64,000 bases of DNA from a virus, in IMG/VR virus record IMGVR_UViG_3300048834_000169, positions 17,796 to 81,795 of that record, one strand, 5' to 3'. A program made the position numbers and the translations under genes. The notes beneath the pieces are model-generated. The model saw only the letters and a list, made by a program, of their open reading frames with translations, did no database searches and was not told the DNA's origin. Of the stretch, positions 48,985 through 58,283 are shown one piece after another. The stretch's first letter is position 1. Every line of letters starts with the position of its first letter.

Positions 48985-49740
48985 ATGTCGAATATTCGTA
49001 CCACAATTAAAAGGAGTTTAAGAATTAAACTCAAGGTAGCTGCAGTGCTGTCAGGTATGGCGCTGTTTACAGGGGTAGTAGTGCTCCTGGGGGCATTGGC
49101 TCCAGGGCTTCATAACTCGTACATTAGGTCTACCGTAGGCGCTAAGGTAGTACGACTTACTAACTTAGCAGAGAATAGCGGTGGAACAGGATTTGCCCTT
49201 AAAGCTGCGTCTGGTAGGACTTATATTATAACTAACGCACATGTGTGTAATATTCCCGGCTCATATCTTTATTCCAGGGATGTTAATGGTAAGCGCATCA
49301 GATTTACCCGGGTAAAAGTGTCAATTGTTACAGATTTATGTGCCTTATCTAATCCTACGAATATTGAAGGTCTTACTGTATCAGGTGGAGTAGAGCTTGG
49401 GGAGACTGTGGGAATTCTCGGGCATCCTAAACTTCAACCACTGACACTTACTTTGGGTGAAATTGTTGGTTATGAGCAAGTGGCTGTGTTAGTTCGCCCT
49501 GGCCCATGTAAGCTAGAGCGCGGAATGTATAAAACCGAGCAAACAATCTCCGGTCCCCTGTGCACCCAGCTTGTGCGAGACGCAGGCCTTACTAACATAC
49601 CAGTTAGGGGCGGATCTTCTGGGTCTCCTGTAGTAAATTTTTTCGGTAACGTAGTGGGCGTACTGTTTGCCGGCGATGAGCTGGGATGGGGCGTTGTTAT
49701 TTCTAGAAAAGAATTAGTAAAATTTTTACGTAATTTATAA
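48985..49740 (+). CDS. Membrane-anchored trypsin-like (S1) serine protease
   Basis: TNAHVC, DLC, GGSSGSPV; N-terminal TM; AAAGGA SD before ATG 48985. Confidence 0.9.
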   Translation: MSNIRTTIKRSLRIKLKVAAVLSGMALFTGVVVLLGALAPGLHNSYIRSTVGAKVVRLTNLAENSGGTGFALKAASGRTYIITNAHVCNIPGSYLYSRDVNGKRIRFTRVKVSIVTDLCALSNPTNIEGLTVSGGVELGETVGILGHPKLQPLTLTLGEIVGYEQVAVLVRPGPCKLERGMYKTEQTISGPLCTQLVRDAGLTNIPVRGGSSGSPVVNFFGNVVGVLFAGDELGWGVVISRKELVKFLRNL

Positions 49741-49741
49741 T

Positions 49742-49939
49742 ATGACAAAAAGAGATTTAGATCAGCAATTTAAAGATGCTCTTACTGGAATCTTTATGAT
49801 TCTATGCGGATACGTGTCTATGGGGCTCGGGTTCTATAGCTTATCCGTAGGAAGTCCCTACTTCGCTATAGTAGAATTTGTAGTGGCAGGGGGATTAATG
49901 ATTGCAGGTAGACATGTAGTCAGAAAGGCGGTAAAATGA
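49742..49939 (+). CDS. Small two-TM membrane protein
   Basis: Two hydrophobic helices. Confidence 0.7.
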   Translation: MTKRDLDQQFKDALTGIFMILCGYVSMGLGFYSLSVGSPYFAIVEFVVAGGLMIAGRHVVRKAVK

Positions 49940-50190
49940 ATAAAGAAGCGGTTAAATTATCTATTAACGCATACGAAGTGGTAGAAAAGACATTAAATGC
50001 TTTAGACGAAGCTTCTGAGGAAATTGCTAAGTATACGGTGGCCAGTACAGTATCAGAGGTTTTGAGCGATACGGCAGGTATGATTGTCATGTACGCCAAA
50101 GCTTCAGCAGAGGGTAGAGCCGCACTTAGGAGAGATCTAGGTCTACAGCGAAAGGTAGTGGAGCAGTATGAAAAAGAATTCAAAAAATAA
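49936..50190 (+). CDS. Hypothetical protein
   Basis: ATGA overlap. Confidence 0.7.
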   Translation: MNKEAVKLSINAYEVVEKTLNALDEASEEIAKYTVASTVSEVLSDTAGMIVMYAKASAEGRAALRRDLGLQRKVVEQYEKEFKK

Positions 50191-50470
50191 AGCTATTCTT
50201 AGTGAAATCGCTACTCGCCTGGGCATGCAAGACGAGCCGCTAATTACAATTCAACCTAAAAGCTTAGTTAGTAAAGAAACTAAGTACGAATTAGTCAATA
50301 ATCATAAGAGATTCGTAAAAGGAATTCTTAAACTGCCACTGGCTGAGCAAGATCGAAGAATTAAGCTTCTCTTGGAAAAGATGGATGAATTCGAAGCTGA
50401 GCAGGCTCGTAATGCTGCTATCGACGCTGCGAAGGCCGCTGCTGCTGCTGCTGCCAAGAGCGAGGAATAA
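50168..50470 (+). CDS. Hypothetical protein
   Basis: Overlapping operon gene. Confidence 0.7.
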   Translation: MKKNSKNKAILSEIATRLGMQDEPLITIQPKSLVSKETKYELVNNHKRFVKGILKLPLAEQDRRIKLLLEKMDEFEAEQARNAAIDAAKAAAAAAAKSEE

Positions 50471-50471
50471 A

Positions 50472-50984
50472 ATGCTAGTTGCGTCTGAGATACTGGAAAA
50501 CATTAGCTCCGGCAATATTAAAATATCTAGCTTTAATGTGGATAATTTAGGGCCCAACTCGTACAACTTGTCAATATCTGATGAGGTTACAGAGCTTTCC
50601 GATCCGATCTTAGACCCTAAAGCTAAGCCAACTACTTACGTTACAAAGATAGGTGCAGAGCCTTATATCTTGTACCCAGGAAGGGTATACCTAGTGAAGT
50701 CCCAGGAGGTAGTGGCTACTGACGGAGTAGTAGCTATCCTCTATGGGCGTTCTAGTGCAGCTAGATTAGGCATCTCAGTGACTAGCGATGGCGGACTTGG
50801 CGATAATGGTTACAGCGGCCAGTGGACTATGGCTATATCCGTGCAGCAGCCAGTAAAAATCTACAGAGGCATGTCACTTAGTCAGTTAGTATTCTTTAAA
50901 GTTACGGAATCTACTCAGAAATATTCAGGTAAATACTTAGACGGAACTGCTGTTAGTAAGTATAATGAGGAGATCGGCAAATGA
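50472..50984 (+). CDS. dcd: dCTP deaminase / dUTPase-fold protein
   Basis: LGPNSYNL, GRSSAARLG, DNGYSG, SQLVF, YSGKY; GAGGA SD before ATG 50472. Confidence 0.8.
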   Translation: MLVASEILENISSGNIKISSFNVDNLGPNSYNLSISDEVTELSDPILDPKAKPTTYVTKIGAEPYILYPGRVYLVKSQEVVATDGVVAILYGRSSAARLGISVTSDGGLGDNGYSGQWTMAISVQQPVKIYRGMSLSQLVFFKVTESTQKYSGKYLDGTAVSKYNEEIGK

Positions 50985-51094
50985 ACGAGATTAAGTTTGC
51001 TAGTATAATGATATTAGTGTATTTATTTGTACTAGGTCTATTTACTTACGCGGTGTCTCGGGCTTTGGTAGCTTTTCTTTCACTTTTTTCTTAA
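50981..51094 (+). CDS. Small membrane peptide (37 aa)
   Basis: ATGA overlap; hydrophobic. Confidence 0.45.
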   Translation: MNEIKFASIMILVYLFVLGLFTYAVSRALVAFLSLFS

Positions 51095-51214
51095 ACTTAG
51101 TCATTAGTTTTTGAAAAGGCGTCTTACGGCGCTTATCTGATGATACTCCGCCTTGAATCTCTTTATACATTCCCTCGAGATTAGCTATATTATTCGCGGC
51201 CACGCTAGATTGCC

Positions 51215-52294
51215 TTATTTTTTGAACTTAGAACGGAGTCTTTGTAATCTTGCACTATCATCTGCGAATATAATCCCACCGTGCTTACCAGCTACAGGAT
51301 TAAGCTTGGAGTTTCTGATAGCATCCGCAGTACTAGTACCTTTAATTTCGTCAAACACGGTATCTGTACGTGCTTTAGTCTCAGCCAGTGAAGTTGGTCT
51401 AGTGGGCTTAGCCGGCAGTACGGGACCTTGTTGAGCAGCCGCAGCAGATTCCCCAACTGTCTCTCTCCAAAGCTTCTCAAGTCCCGCTTCTTTTTTAGCC
51501 TCTTCGGCCATCTTAATTTTTTGAGCTAGCTCCTCAGCTCTTTTAGCCTTAGCTGAGGCAATTAACTGCTCAGAAGCGCTCATTGGCTTTGTGGATAATG
51601 CTTGCATCGTGTCGGCGGCTTTAATGGCTCTAGCGGCATCTTCTGCAGTTCCGGCAGTCTTAGCAGCACTAGCGGCTGTTTCTGCGGCTTTAACGGCTCT
51701 AGCAGCGTCGGCTGCAGTATCTACACCCTTTACCACTTTAGCAGCGTCGCCAGCAGCATCAACGGCCTTAAGCGCCTTTAATCCAATAAGTGGCACGCTA
51801 GCTAATTTAAGTCCGCCAGTAATAGCGGAGCTAGGATCTGCGGCCAACTCTAGTGCAGTGCCGGCTACAGCAGCCGGAATACCTTCTAACTGCATTTTCT
51901 TAGCGAGATCAGCGCCTGATGGAGCTTTAGTAGGCTTTTCCCCAAACTGCTCAGCATAAGCTCTAGCTGCGCCTGGAAGGTCAGTAAAGTCGTCTTGCAG
52001 CTTAGAGATAGCAGATCTAGCAGGAGCGCCAGTATAAGCGTCTAAGTGCTCTAGTACCCCAGAAGGCGCATCAGTAACAGCCTCGTCGCCCATAATGAGC
52101 TTCTTAAGTCCGCTCCAGTTACCGGCACTCTGTTTAGTAGCGCCACTCAGTTGGCGCATATCTTCGTCAGTCATTCGCCTTGATCTAAGTTGACGCATAT
52201 CTTCGTCAGTCATAGGTGCTATAGCAGAATCTTGATTTAGTTTAGCTTCGCTAAGCATTCTTAAGATAGCGGCTTCTTGTTCTTTTTTAGTCAT
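51215..52294 (-). CDS. Ala/Lys-rich putative internal virion protein
   Basis: MTDEDMRQL twice, AADAARA repeats; downstream of a late motif. Confidence 0.6.
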   Translation of the reverse strand: MTKKEQEAAILRMLSEAKLNQDSAIAPMTDEDMRQLRSRRMTDEDMRQLSGATKQSAGNWSGLKKLIMGDEAVTDAPSGVLEHLDAYTGAPARSAISKLQDDFTDLPGAARAYAEQFGEKPTKAPSGADLAKKMQLEGIPAAVAGTALELAADPSSAITGGLKLASVPLIGLKALKAVDAAGDAAKVVKGVDTAADAARAVKAAETAASAAKTAGTAEDAARAIKAADTMQALSTKPMSASEQLIASAKAKRAEELAQKIKMAEEAKKEAGLEKLWRETVGESAAAAQQGPVLPAKPTRPTSLAETKARTDTVFDEIKGTSTADAIRNSKLNPVAGKHGGIIFADDSARLQRLRSKFKK

Positions 52295-52488
52295 TAACTA
52301 TCCTTTTGAGCAGAGTCTAACTCCGACTTAGCTTTTACATAAGCATCGTGAGCTTCTTGTTCAGTTTTATAGTAACCTAAATGCTTTAGCTTACCGTTAA
52401 TACGAATAGTCGATTTGAACTTCTTAATACGAGGACCACTGTCCACAGATACGCCCTTTAAGAGTTTAGGTTTAGTAATAAAGTCCAT
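52294..52488 (-). CDS. Stand-alone AP2-domain DNA-binding protein
   Basis: KFKSTIRINGKLKHLGYYKTEQEAHDAY. Confidence 0.8.
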   Translation of the reverse strand: MDFITKPKLLKGVSVDSGPRIKKFKSTIRINGKLKHLGYYKTEQEAHDAYVKAKSELDSAQKDS

Positions 52489-52552
52489 ATTATTGCCTAC
52501 TAATATTTGTTTATAGCTTGTAAATATTATAAGTATGCGTTATTATAACTAA

Positions 52553-53530
52553 ATGGCAGGAAAATTCATACTTAAGAATATTGCAGATTTCAGCACGATG
52601 GAGCTTGGGGCTGAGATTCAAGAAGCTGATTTCACCATATTATCGACTAATAATAAGTTAATGCAGTTTGGATTTAAAACGGACGAGGGCGCTAAGTTTA
52701 AGAAAACTCCCGTTTTGCCCGGTCTATTTACTATGGCTATAGTAGATCAGGCTTTATCACTAGTCCCTACGGAATTTACCTCGCAGGATATACTAGACCA
52801 GTACGTAGAGGTTATGGCAGTGGAGCGCGGGGTTGAGGTATTTTTTAATCGCCTCAATATTTACGAAGAGCTTAAAATCGACCCTAAACGATCATTTCTA
52901 TTATACGGCCCCCCAGGTTGCGGCAAAAGTACAGTAATAGCAAAAGTGTGTAATAAATATGTCGCTAGTAATGATACGGCTATTGTGTTATGGCCAACTG
53001 ACAAGTACGAGGCTAGCGTAGTAAAGACGTTCCTGAACTCTTTTGATTACGAGACTCACGGGATTAAGCGTTTCTTTCTGATAATTGAAGATCTTGGCGG
53101 AGTAGAGTCTGCTGACGCTTACAGACCGTCCGAATCATCCTTACTAGCGCTATTAGATAACGTAGAGCGCACGTTTAAAGTTCCTACGGTTATCCTAGCC
53201 ACCACTAACTTTCCGGAAATGTTCTTAGAGAATCTGACCAATAGACCTCAAAGATTCGACGATGTAATTGAAGTCAAGCCGCCAAATCCAGAGTTTAGGG
53301 CAGCGTTACTTAACTTCTTTATGGCAGGGGCTGCTAACGAAGAGGCTATGCTTCAGATTAAAAAAGATAAGTACTCTAAACTATCTGCAGCACATATAAA
53401 AGAAATTGTAGTTAGGTCCAAACTTTACGATATTACGCTGCAAAATAGCATCGATCTTATTTACGATAAAAGTGCAAAAGCTGCTAAAAAATTCTCATCC
53501 AGACGAAGTTTAGGGATTGATAATGAGTAA
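52553..53530 (+). CDS. AAA+ ATPase
   Basis: PKRSFLLYGPPGCGKS, IIEDL, ATTN, RPQRFD. Confidence 0.9.
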   Translation: MAGKFILKNIADFSTMELGAEIQEADFTILSTNNKLMQFGFKTDEGAKFKKTPVLPGLFTMAIVDQALSLVPTEFTSQDILDQYVEVMAVERGVEVFFNRLNIYEELKIDPKRSFLLYGPPGCGKSTVIAKVCNKYVASNDTAIVLWPTDKYEASVVKTFLNSFDYETHGIKRFFLIIEDLGGVESADAYRPSESSLLALLDNVERTFKVPTVILATTNFPEMFLENLTNRPQRFDDVIEVKPPNPEFRAALLNFFMAGAANEEAMLQIKKDKYSKLSAAHIKEIVVRSKLYDITLQNSIDLIYDKSAKAAKKFSSRRSLGIDNE

Positions 53531-53765
53531 GCCTATTGATTATCCGGAAAATATGGCCCTAGTTAGATATATGGAAGAACTCATACAATACCGAGAAAAT
53601 ACATCAAATTTACCGGACGTTGGGGAGGTTAATAGTAACGTATATCTAGTAAGTGGTTTTGAGCCCCATCTAGCTATTAACTCTTTTGACTGCAGTAAAG
53701 TTAGGCGCCTTAATAGGCGGGAGTGGGGCTTGCTACAAGCTAAGGAATACTATCTGAACTACTAG
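53517..53765 (+). CDS. Hypothetical protein
   Basis: Overlaps the AAA gene end. Confidence 0.55.
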   Translation: MIMSKPIDYPENMALVRYMEELIQYRENTSNLPDVGEVNSNVYLVSGFEPHLAINSFDCSKVRRLNRREWGLLQAKEYYLNY

Positions 53766-54417
53766 GGTCTGACGCCTTGGCTTTTCTAGCAGCTTCCTCT
53801 AATTTCTTGAATCTTCTAGCACTTTCGCGACGAAACTTCTTAGTATAATCGTGCTTTTCTATTGTAGCATCACTGGGAATTTTAGAATCCTTCATTGCGT
53901 GGCCTTGATTCCACATAAACGCTCTTTTAGCAAGATTCTCGTCTCCTGGAAATCTATGTTCTAGGTGTCGCTCTAAGTATCTGGCAGCTCTTTGAGTCAT
54001 ATCAGGGAATTCGCGCATAGCGAACGCTACTTCATCAATATTAGGATGCCTGGCCCATTGTTCTATTTCTGGGTCACCTTCAAAATCGGGGGCTAGGCCT
54101 AGCTCTTCTTTGCGTAATCGAACTCTATTAGCGACGTCCTTAAAAGTTAGTGGCATCATTCCCAACGGGCCTTGCGCCGCCGTACCGGCATGTATTCCCG
54201 TCTTCATAGTCTTATGATCTAAATCAGTTCCATAAGACGACTCTACGCCAGATAGCGGGTATAACAGCGCGTCTTCTTCTGAGATAGGCCCCTTATCCTG
54301 CAACTCCTGAGCTGACTTTAGTTTTTGGCGTTTCATTGTCTGCTTATATTTGTTCTTGGCTTCAGATGGCATCGCCCAGACCATTATTACCATAATAATT
54401 GCAATAAATTGACTCAT
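53740..54417 (-). CDS. Lytic transglycosylase-like (lysozyme fold) protein
   Basis: VESSYG (catalytic Glu), AQGPLGMMPLT, WNQG, YTKK. Confidence 0.65.
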   Translation of the reverse strand: MSQFIAIIMVIMVWAMPSEAKNKYKQTMKRQKLKSAQELQDKGPISEEDALLYPLSGVESSYGTDLDHKTMKTGIHAGTAAQGPLGMMPLTFKDVANRVRLRKEELGLAPDFEGDPEIEQWARHPNIDEVAFAMREFPDMTQRAARYLERHLEHRFPGDENLAKRAFMWNQGHAMKDSKIPSDATIEKHDYTKKFRRESARRFKKLEEAARKAKASDPSSSDSIP

Positions 54418-54490
54418 ATTCTTATTATTAGCACATTATGATCAAAATATCTACTTTACTTGAGCGATGCTTGCTGCTATAATGGAGTCT

Positions 54491-54670
54491 ATGCAAGTAC
54501 TTAAGGATGCTATTATGGCTATCTTCATGATTTTATTACTAATGGCGGCAGTTGTAGGACTGGGCGCACACCTATTAGGTAACATTCAGCGTCGGGCCGT
54601 AGAGGAAATGTGTCTTGATCGTTCTTTAGTCGATCAGCGATGTGATTTAATTAGAGAAAGCGTTGAATAG
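54491..54670 (+). CDS. Small membrane protein
   Basis: TTTACT-17-TATAAT, then ATG 54491. Confidence 0.6.
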   Translation: MQVLKDAIMAIFMILLLMAAVVGLGAHLLGNIQRRAVEEMCLDRSLVDQRCDLIRESVE

Positions 54671-54674
54671 ATCC

Positions 54675-54839
54675 ATGCGCGTTGTAATGCTGAGCCTAAT
54701 GCTAAGCCTCTTGCAAGGATGCGCGTCACTATTCTTTACTCCTAAACAAGAAATACAGCTACTTATAGATCCTGCAGAGATAAACTACAAGTGCTTTAGG
54801 CAGCTAGATCAAAATATAATTTGCTATAAGCTAGATTAA
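54675..54839 (+). CDS. Small lipoprotein (54 aa; not in ORF track)
   Basis: MRVVMLSLMLSLLQGC lipobox-like signal. Confidence 0.55.
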   Translation: MRVVMLSLMLSLLQGCASLFFTPKQEIQLLIDPAEINYKCFRQLDQNIICYKLD

Positions 54840-54851
54840 AAGGAACTAATC

Positions 54852-55067
54852 ATGACAAAACGAGCTAATACTTATGAATTCTTGTACATAGACACGCAAG
54901 ATCGTAGCGACTCCGAACTTAAATCTAAGTTCCAAGAAATCGTGCAAAATGAGATCGACTATGGTTACGAGCTTATTGACGTAGTTGATAATAACTATAA
55001 GATTTTATTTGTATTAGCTTCAAAATCTGACTCAAAGCGAGAGTTCAGGGTAACGGTCAAGTTTTAA
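54852..55067 (+). CDS. Hypothetical protein
   Basis: AAGGA SD. Confidence 0.7.
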   Translation: MTKRANTYEFLYIDTQDRSDSELKSKFQEIVQNEIDYGYELIDVVDNNYKILFVLASKSDSKREFRVTVKF

Positions 55068-55076
55068 AGCGTGCCC

Positions 55077-55265
55077 TTACTCAGTAAAGTCGTCGACTAA
55101 AACGTACCCTAAGGTCTCTGGTGAGAAGGTAGAGTAGATCTTACCTTGAGCTGATTCAAATATGTAAACTATGCCGGTAGGTGCATACAAGTAGTCTGTA
55201 GACTCCACTACCCAAAGATCTCCATTAGTATCTTGATAGAGTTTTTTAGTGTCGTCAGGCTTCAT
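55077..55265 (-). CDS. Hypothetical protein
   Basis: Late motif immediately upstream of ATG. Confidence 0.6.
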   Translation of the reverse strand: MKPDDTKKLYQDTNGDLWVVESTDYLYAPTGIVYIFESAQGKIYSTFSPETLGYVLVDDFTE

Positions 55266-55304
55266 ATAAAGATTTGTTGTGAGCTACGGCCTAGCCCTAA
55301 GGTA

Positions 55305-55433
55305 CTATTTATCGCCTAATATCGAGGCTACGTAGTTAAGTACTCGAAATACAAACACCATAGCCTGAGGCATAATAACTAAAAAGAATATAGCGAAGCT
55401 AAAGTAAATGCCTAGGCCTAGAATAGTGTCCAT
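55305..55433 (-). CDS. Small membrane peptide (42 aa)
   Basis: MDTILGLGIYFSFAIFFLVIM...; hydrophobic. Confidence 0.45.
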   Translation of the reverse strand: MDTILGLGIYFSFAIFFLVIMPQAMVFVFRVLNYVASILGDK

Positions 55434-55547
55434 TAGAGTTTAATAATAGCGCATAACTAGGCTGATAACTAGGGGGGGGGGGTAGGCGCGGCACGGCAGG
55501 AGCGGTCAGCGCATGCCGTTTAAGTGATGCAGTGCTCGCTTGATAAA

Positions 55548-55835
55548 TTAAGTCAGCGGGAGGGGCATATTAAATAACGCCTTTACGATTAAATAACAGG
55601 TACCTACGATAGTCCCTATCAAAGCAGTGAACAGGCCTAGGTCATACCAAAACCCTGAGCTTAAAAGTCCCTCATTATCTAATTCTATCCAAGAATCTAT
55701 CAACTCTAAATGCTGGGTTTTAATAGGGTTACCTCTTGAATCCAATATTCTATAGTTACTCGTACTCACTTGAGTATACAGTTCCCCTGTCTTCCTATGC
55801 ACGTACAAGTTAATAATTTTACCTTTAGTCTGCAT
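55548..55835 (-). CDS. Hypothetical protein with C-terminal TM
   Basis: AAGGAG SD. Confidence 0.7.
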   Translation of the reverse strand: MQTKGKIINLYVHRKTGELYTQVSTSNYRILDSRGNPIKTQHLELIDSWIELDNEGLLSSGFWYDLGLFTALIGTIVGTCYLIVKALFNMPLPLT

Positions 55836-56668
55836 TATCGTCTCCTTATGCTATTACCCATTTAAACGGCCTATACGCCCCGCTATTAAGCGTAGCCTAG
55901 TCTAGGCCACCTACGTACTACCTTTAAGCTAATCGTTTAATCTAGGCCTTCCTAGCGCGTTATACGCCCTAAGCCTAAACTACGCTACCTTTGGATATAG
56001 CCTCGACTAGCTTAGTCACTCTAAGCTCCATTATAACCTAGCCTAGACTTCTAGTCCAGTGTACCCTAGCGGGTATGCTTTTAGAGCTTTAGGTCTAGTT
56101 TATACCTTTAGAGGTATGATACGGTCGCGACTAGCAGTTACTCAAACTTATAGCCGTCTGGATTTTGGAGGGGGCAGGGCGCTTGTGCAGTTACTCAGTT
56201 TGGGGGCGGTCTAAACTTCGGGGCCGGATTTAAAAAAGGGGTCGGGGTGTGTGTCTGGCAATAGGCCCGTACGACGGTGCCGTTGGCCACAGGGGGGGGG
56301 CTATTCCCTATGTCAAGCCTTGCCTAGACTTAGCTATGCCTAGGCTATGCCTATAGTCTATACTCCTGCTCAAGTCTAACATGTCTATAGTCTACACCAT
56401 GCCCGCCACGCCGTCTATTGTATGTACAAAATAATGCACCGACCCATCGACCAAACTAATGACACCTGTCTATAACTTCTACACCTAAGCTAAGTAGTTG
56501 AAGTCATGGGACTATCAGGCGGGGCTAACCTAATCTTAATAAAAGTGTAAAGAACTTCTACATCATATGATCTACACAATCCAATGATTATCAACAGTTA
56601 GTCTTGGCACACGCCTTGCATGTATATAAGTATAAGACCTAAACAGAATAGGAAAGGGAAATAAACAT
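55836..56668. other. Long non-coding strand-switch region (candidate genome end, pac or ori)
   Basis: About 830 bp without a credible ORF, G runs, divergent flanking genes. Confidence 0.5.
56604..56620 (+). promoter_or_regulatory. sigma54 (-24/-12) consensus promoter
   Basis: TTGGCAC-ACGCC-TTGCA, 48 nt upstream of ATG 56669. Confidence 0.65.
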
Positions 56669-56851
56669 ATGCAACCAATCAAGTTCAAGTACCATCATAA
56701 ACACATTGTATTCTTTATTAAGTGGAGAGGGACTGAGGTAGAGATCATGCGGTCAGGACTAGTAGACAATGTTCAAGACTTAATCAGACTTCGCAAAATA
56801 GCGCAGGCCAAAGCTAACGACATGCTAGGAGTATTGAGGTTAGCCGCCTAA
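56669..56851 (+). CDS. Hypothetical early protein
   Basis: AAGGGA SD. Confidence 0.65.
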   Translation: MQPIKFKYHHKHIVFFIKWRGTEVEIMRSGLVDNVQDLIRLRKIAQAKANDMLGVLRLAA

Positions 56852-56920
56852 ATCTTAACGTAAAATTAATTAGCCCGGCCTAAAAAATCGGGCATTATAA
56901 GATTATAAGGAGTAAATAAA

Positions 56921-57022
56921 ATGACATTCAACGGAATCATTGCAATAGCGCTACTGAGTTTAGCCTTTGGGGCAGTCGGACACGCAATCATTCAATTAGC
57001 CGCCTTTGTGGCGGTACAGTAA
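56921..57022 (+). CDS. Small membrane peptide (33 aa)
   Basis: AAGGAG SD; hydrophobic. Confidence 0.5.
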   Translation: MTFNGIIAIALLSLAFGAVGHAIIQLAAFVAVQ

Positions 57023-57107
57023 GGGGGCAACGTATGAGACTAATCATGGAGTTTCAGGCCTGACCTGAATCAGTACTATATTACTATTAAGGATAGGGGG
57101 TTTTAAA

Positions 57108-57320
57108 ATGACTAGAGTTAACGAATTCGAATTATACAGGGGTTTCTTAAATGAACTGCCGCCGGTCAAAATAGGCGGGTATGAGTACTTGCAAGGGGAT
57201 GCGCTCAAAGTAGTGGACCCCATAGCCTTTAGGGTAGGGGCGGCTGACTACGCCGATGCTTTGGCACAAGGCGGAGAACTAGAGCAAGGACCTGACGGCG
57301 AGTACTACGCCAAAGAGTAA
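57108..57320 (+). CDS. Hypothetical early protein
   Basis: GGGGG SD; ALKVVDPIAFRVG. Confidence 0.7.
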   Translation: MTRVNEFELYRGFLNELPPVKIGGYEYLQGDALKVVDPIAFRVGAADYADALAQGGELEQGPDGEYYAKE

Positions 57321-57548
57321 CTAGTCGGGCGTCGCGTATAGTGATTGCGTAACTAGTTGATATCGCGTAGAGGGGGCAGGCGGGCTATTAAGGGCGGGCT
57401 ACACTCTACCCCAGTTTAGAGTATATCCTATAGGCAATGATAGGTCTATAGTGTGTTATTTTTACACCGATATATCACTGATTTAAAACTGATACTTAAG
57501 CCGTAAGACACGGCCTAAATGCTAGAAAGACAATACTAAGGGGGATTT

Positions 57549-57737
57549 ATGGATAGTTTAGACATGAGTACAGTACAGGGGGAGCTGGTAGAGCTTCAAT
57601 TAGAGCTGAATGCGATGACTATAGCCTATAGAGGGGCTGAGGGGATAGAGCGGGCGGCTCTAGGGGAGTGGATAGAAGTGGCCAGTGCTTATAGGCGGGC
57701 ATTGTGGGATAGGCTTTGGGAATTGAGACAGGGCTAA
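57549..57737 (+). CDS. Hypothetical early protein
   Basis: AGGGGG SD. Confidence 0.6.
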   Translation: MDSLDMSTVQGELVELQLELNAMTIAYRGAEGIERAALGEWIEVASAYRRALWDRLWELRQG

Positions 57738-58283
57738 GTAGTTGAGTTTATGGGGGAGAAGAGGGTGTGAGTGTGACTATAACCATCACTCCTCCACCTC
57801 ATCGCTCACTCTCAATCCAAAGCTTTGAATAGATTAACGAATAGTACACCTGTACTCACCTAGACTTAAGACTCTATTAGACGCTCTATACGCCCTATAG
57901 TCGGTACTTTGCTATATGTCCTATAGAACACCCTATACTAATGATTAAGTCTTCACTATAGCCTTTACACACAGTCTATTTATATGTGTACATGTTATGG
58001 ATAATGATTATCTATTCTATATAGACGTATTAGTGGCCCGTTCTGCTAAGTAGCTGATTTTAGTTAGAGCTGAATAGACTTAATTTAGGCTTAAGGTTAC
58101 GCAGTCGAGGCCCTAAATTCAAAACGAGCTTAAGTGGCGAGTTTAGCCTAGACTTAAGTAACTGATAGTTAAGCAGAAAGCTTTAAATAGACCTAACGCA
58201 GATTTAATATAAACTTAATACACTATAGCAGCATAGTGCTATATAGTGGCTAACATAACAAGCAAAAGAAAGGATAAGCCAGT

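Noticed and set aside
51115-51140. Terminator between convergent genes
   Set aside because: The hairpin is short, relies on G-U pairs and lacks a clear U tract on that strand; too weak to list
55836-58283. tRNA genes or ribozymes in the long intergenic stretches
   Set aside because: No cloverleaf with a TTCRA T-loop and no hammerhead core found by eye; a covariance search would be needed to exclude them
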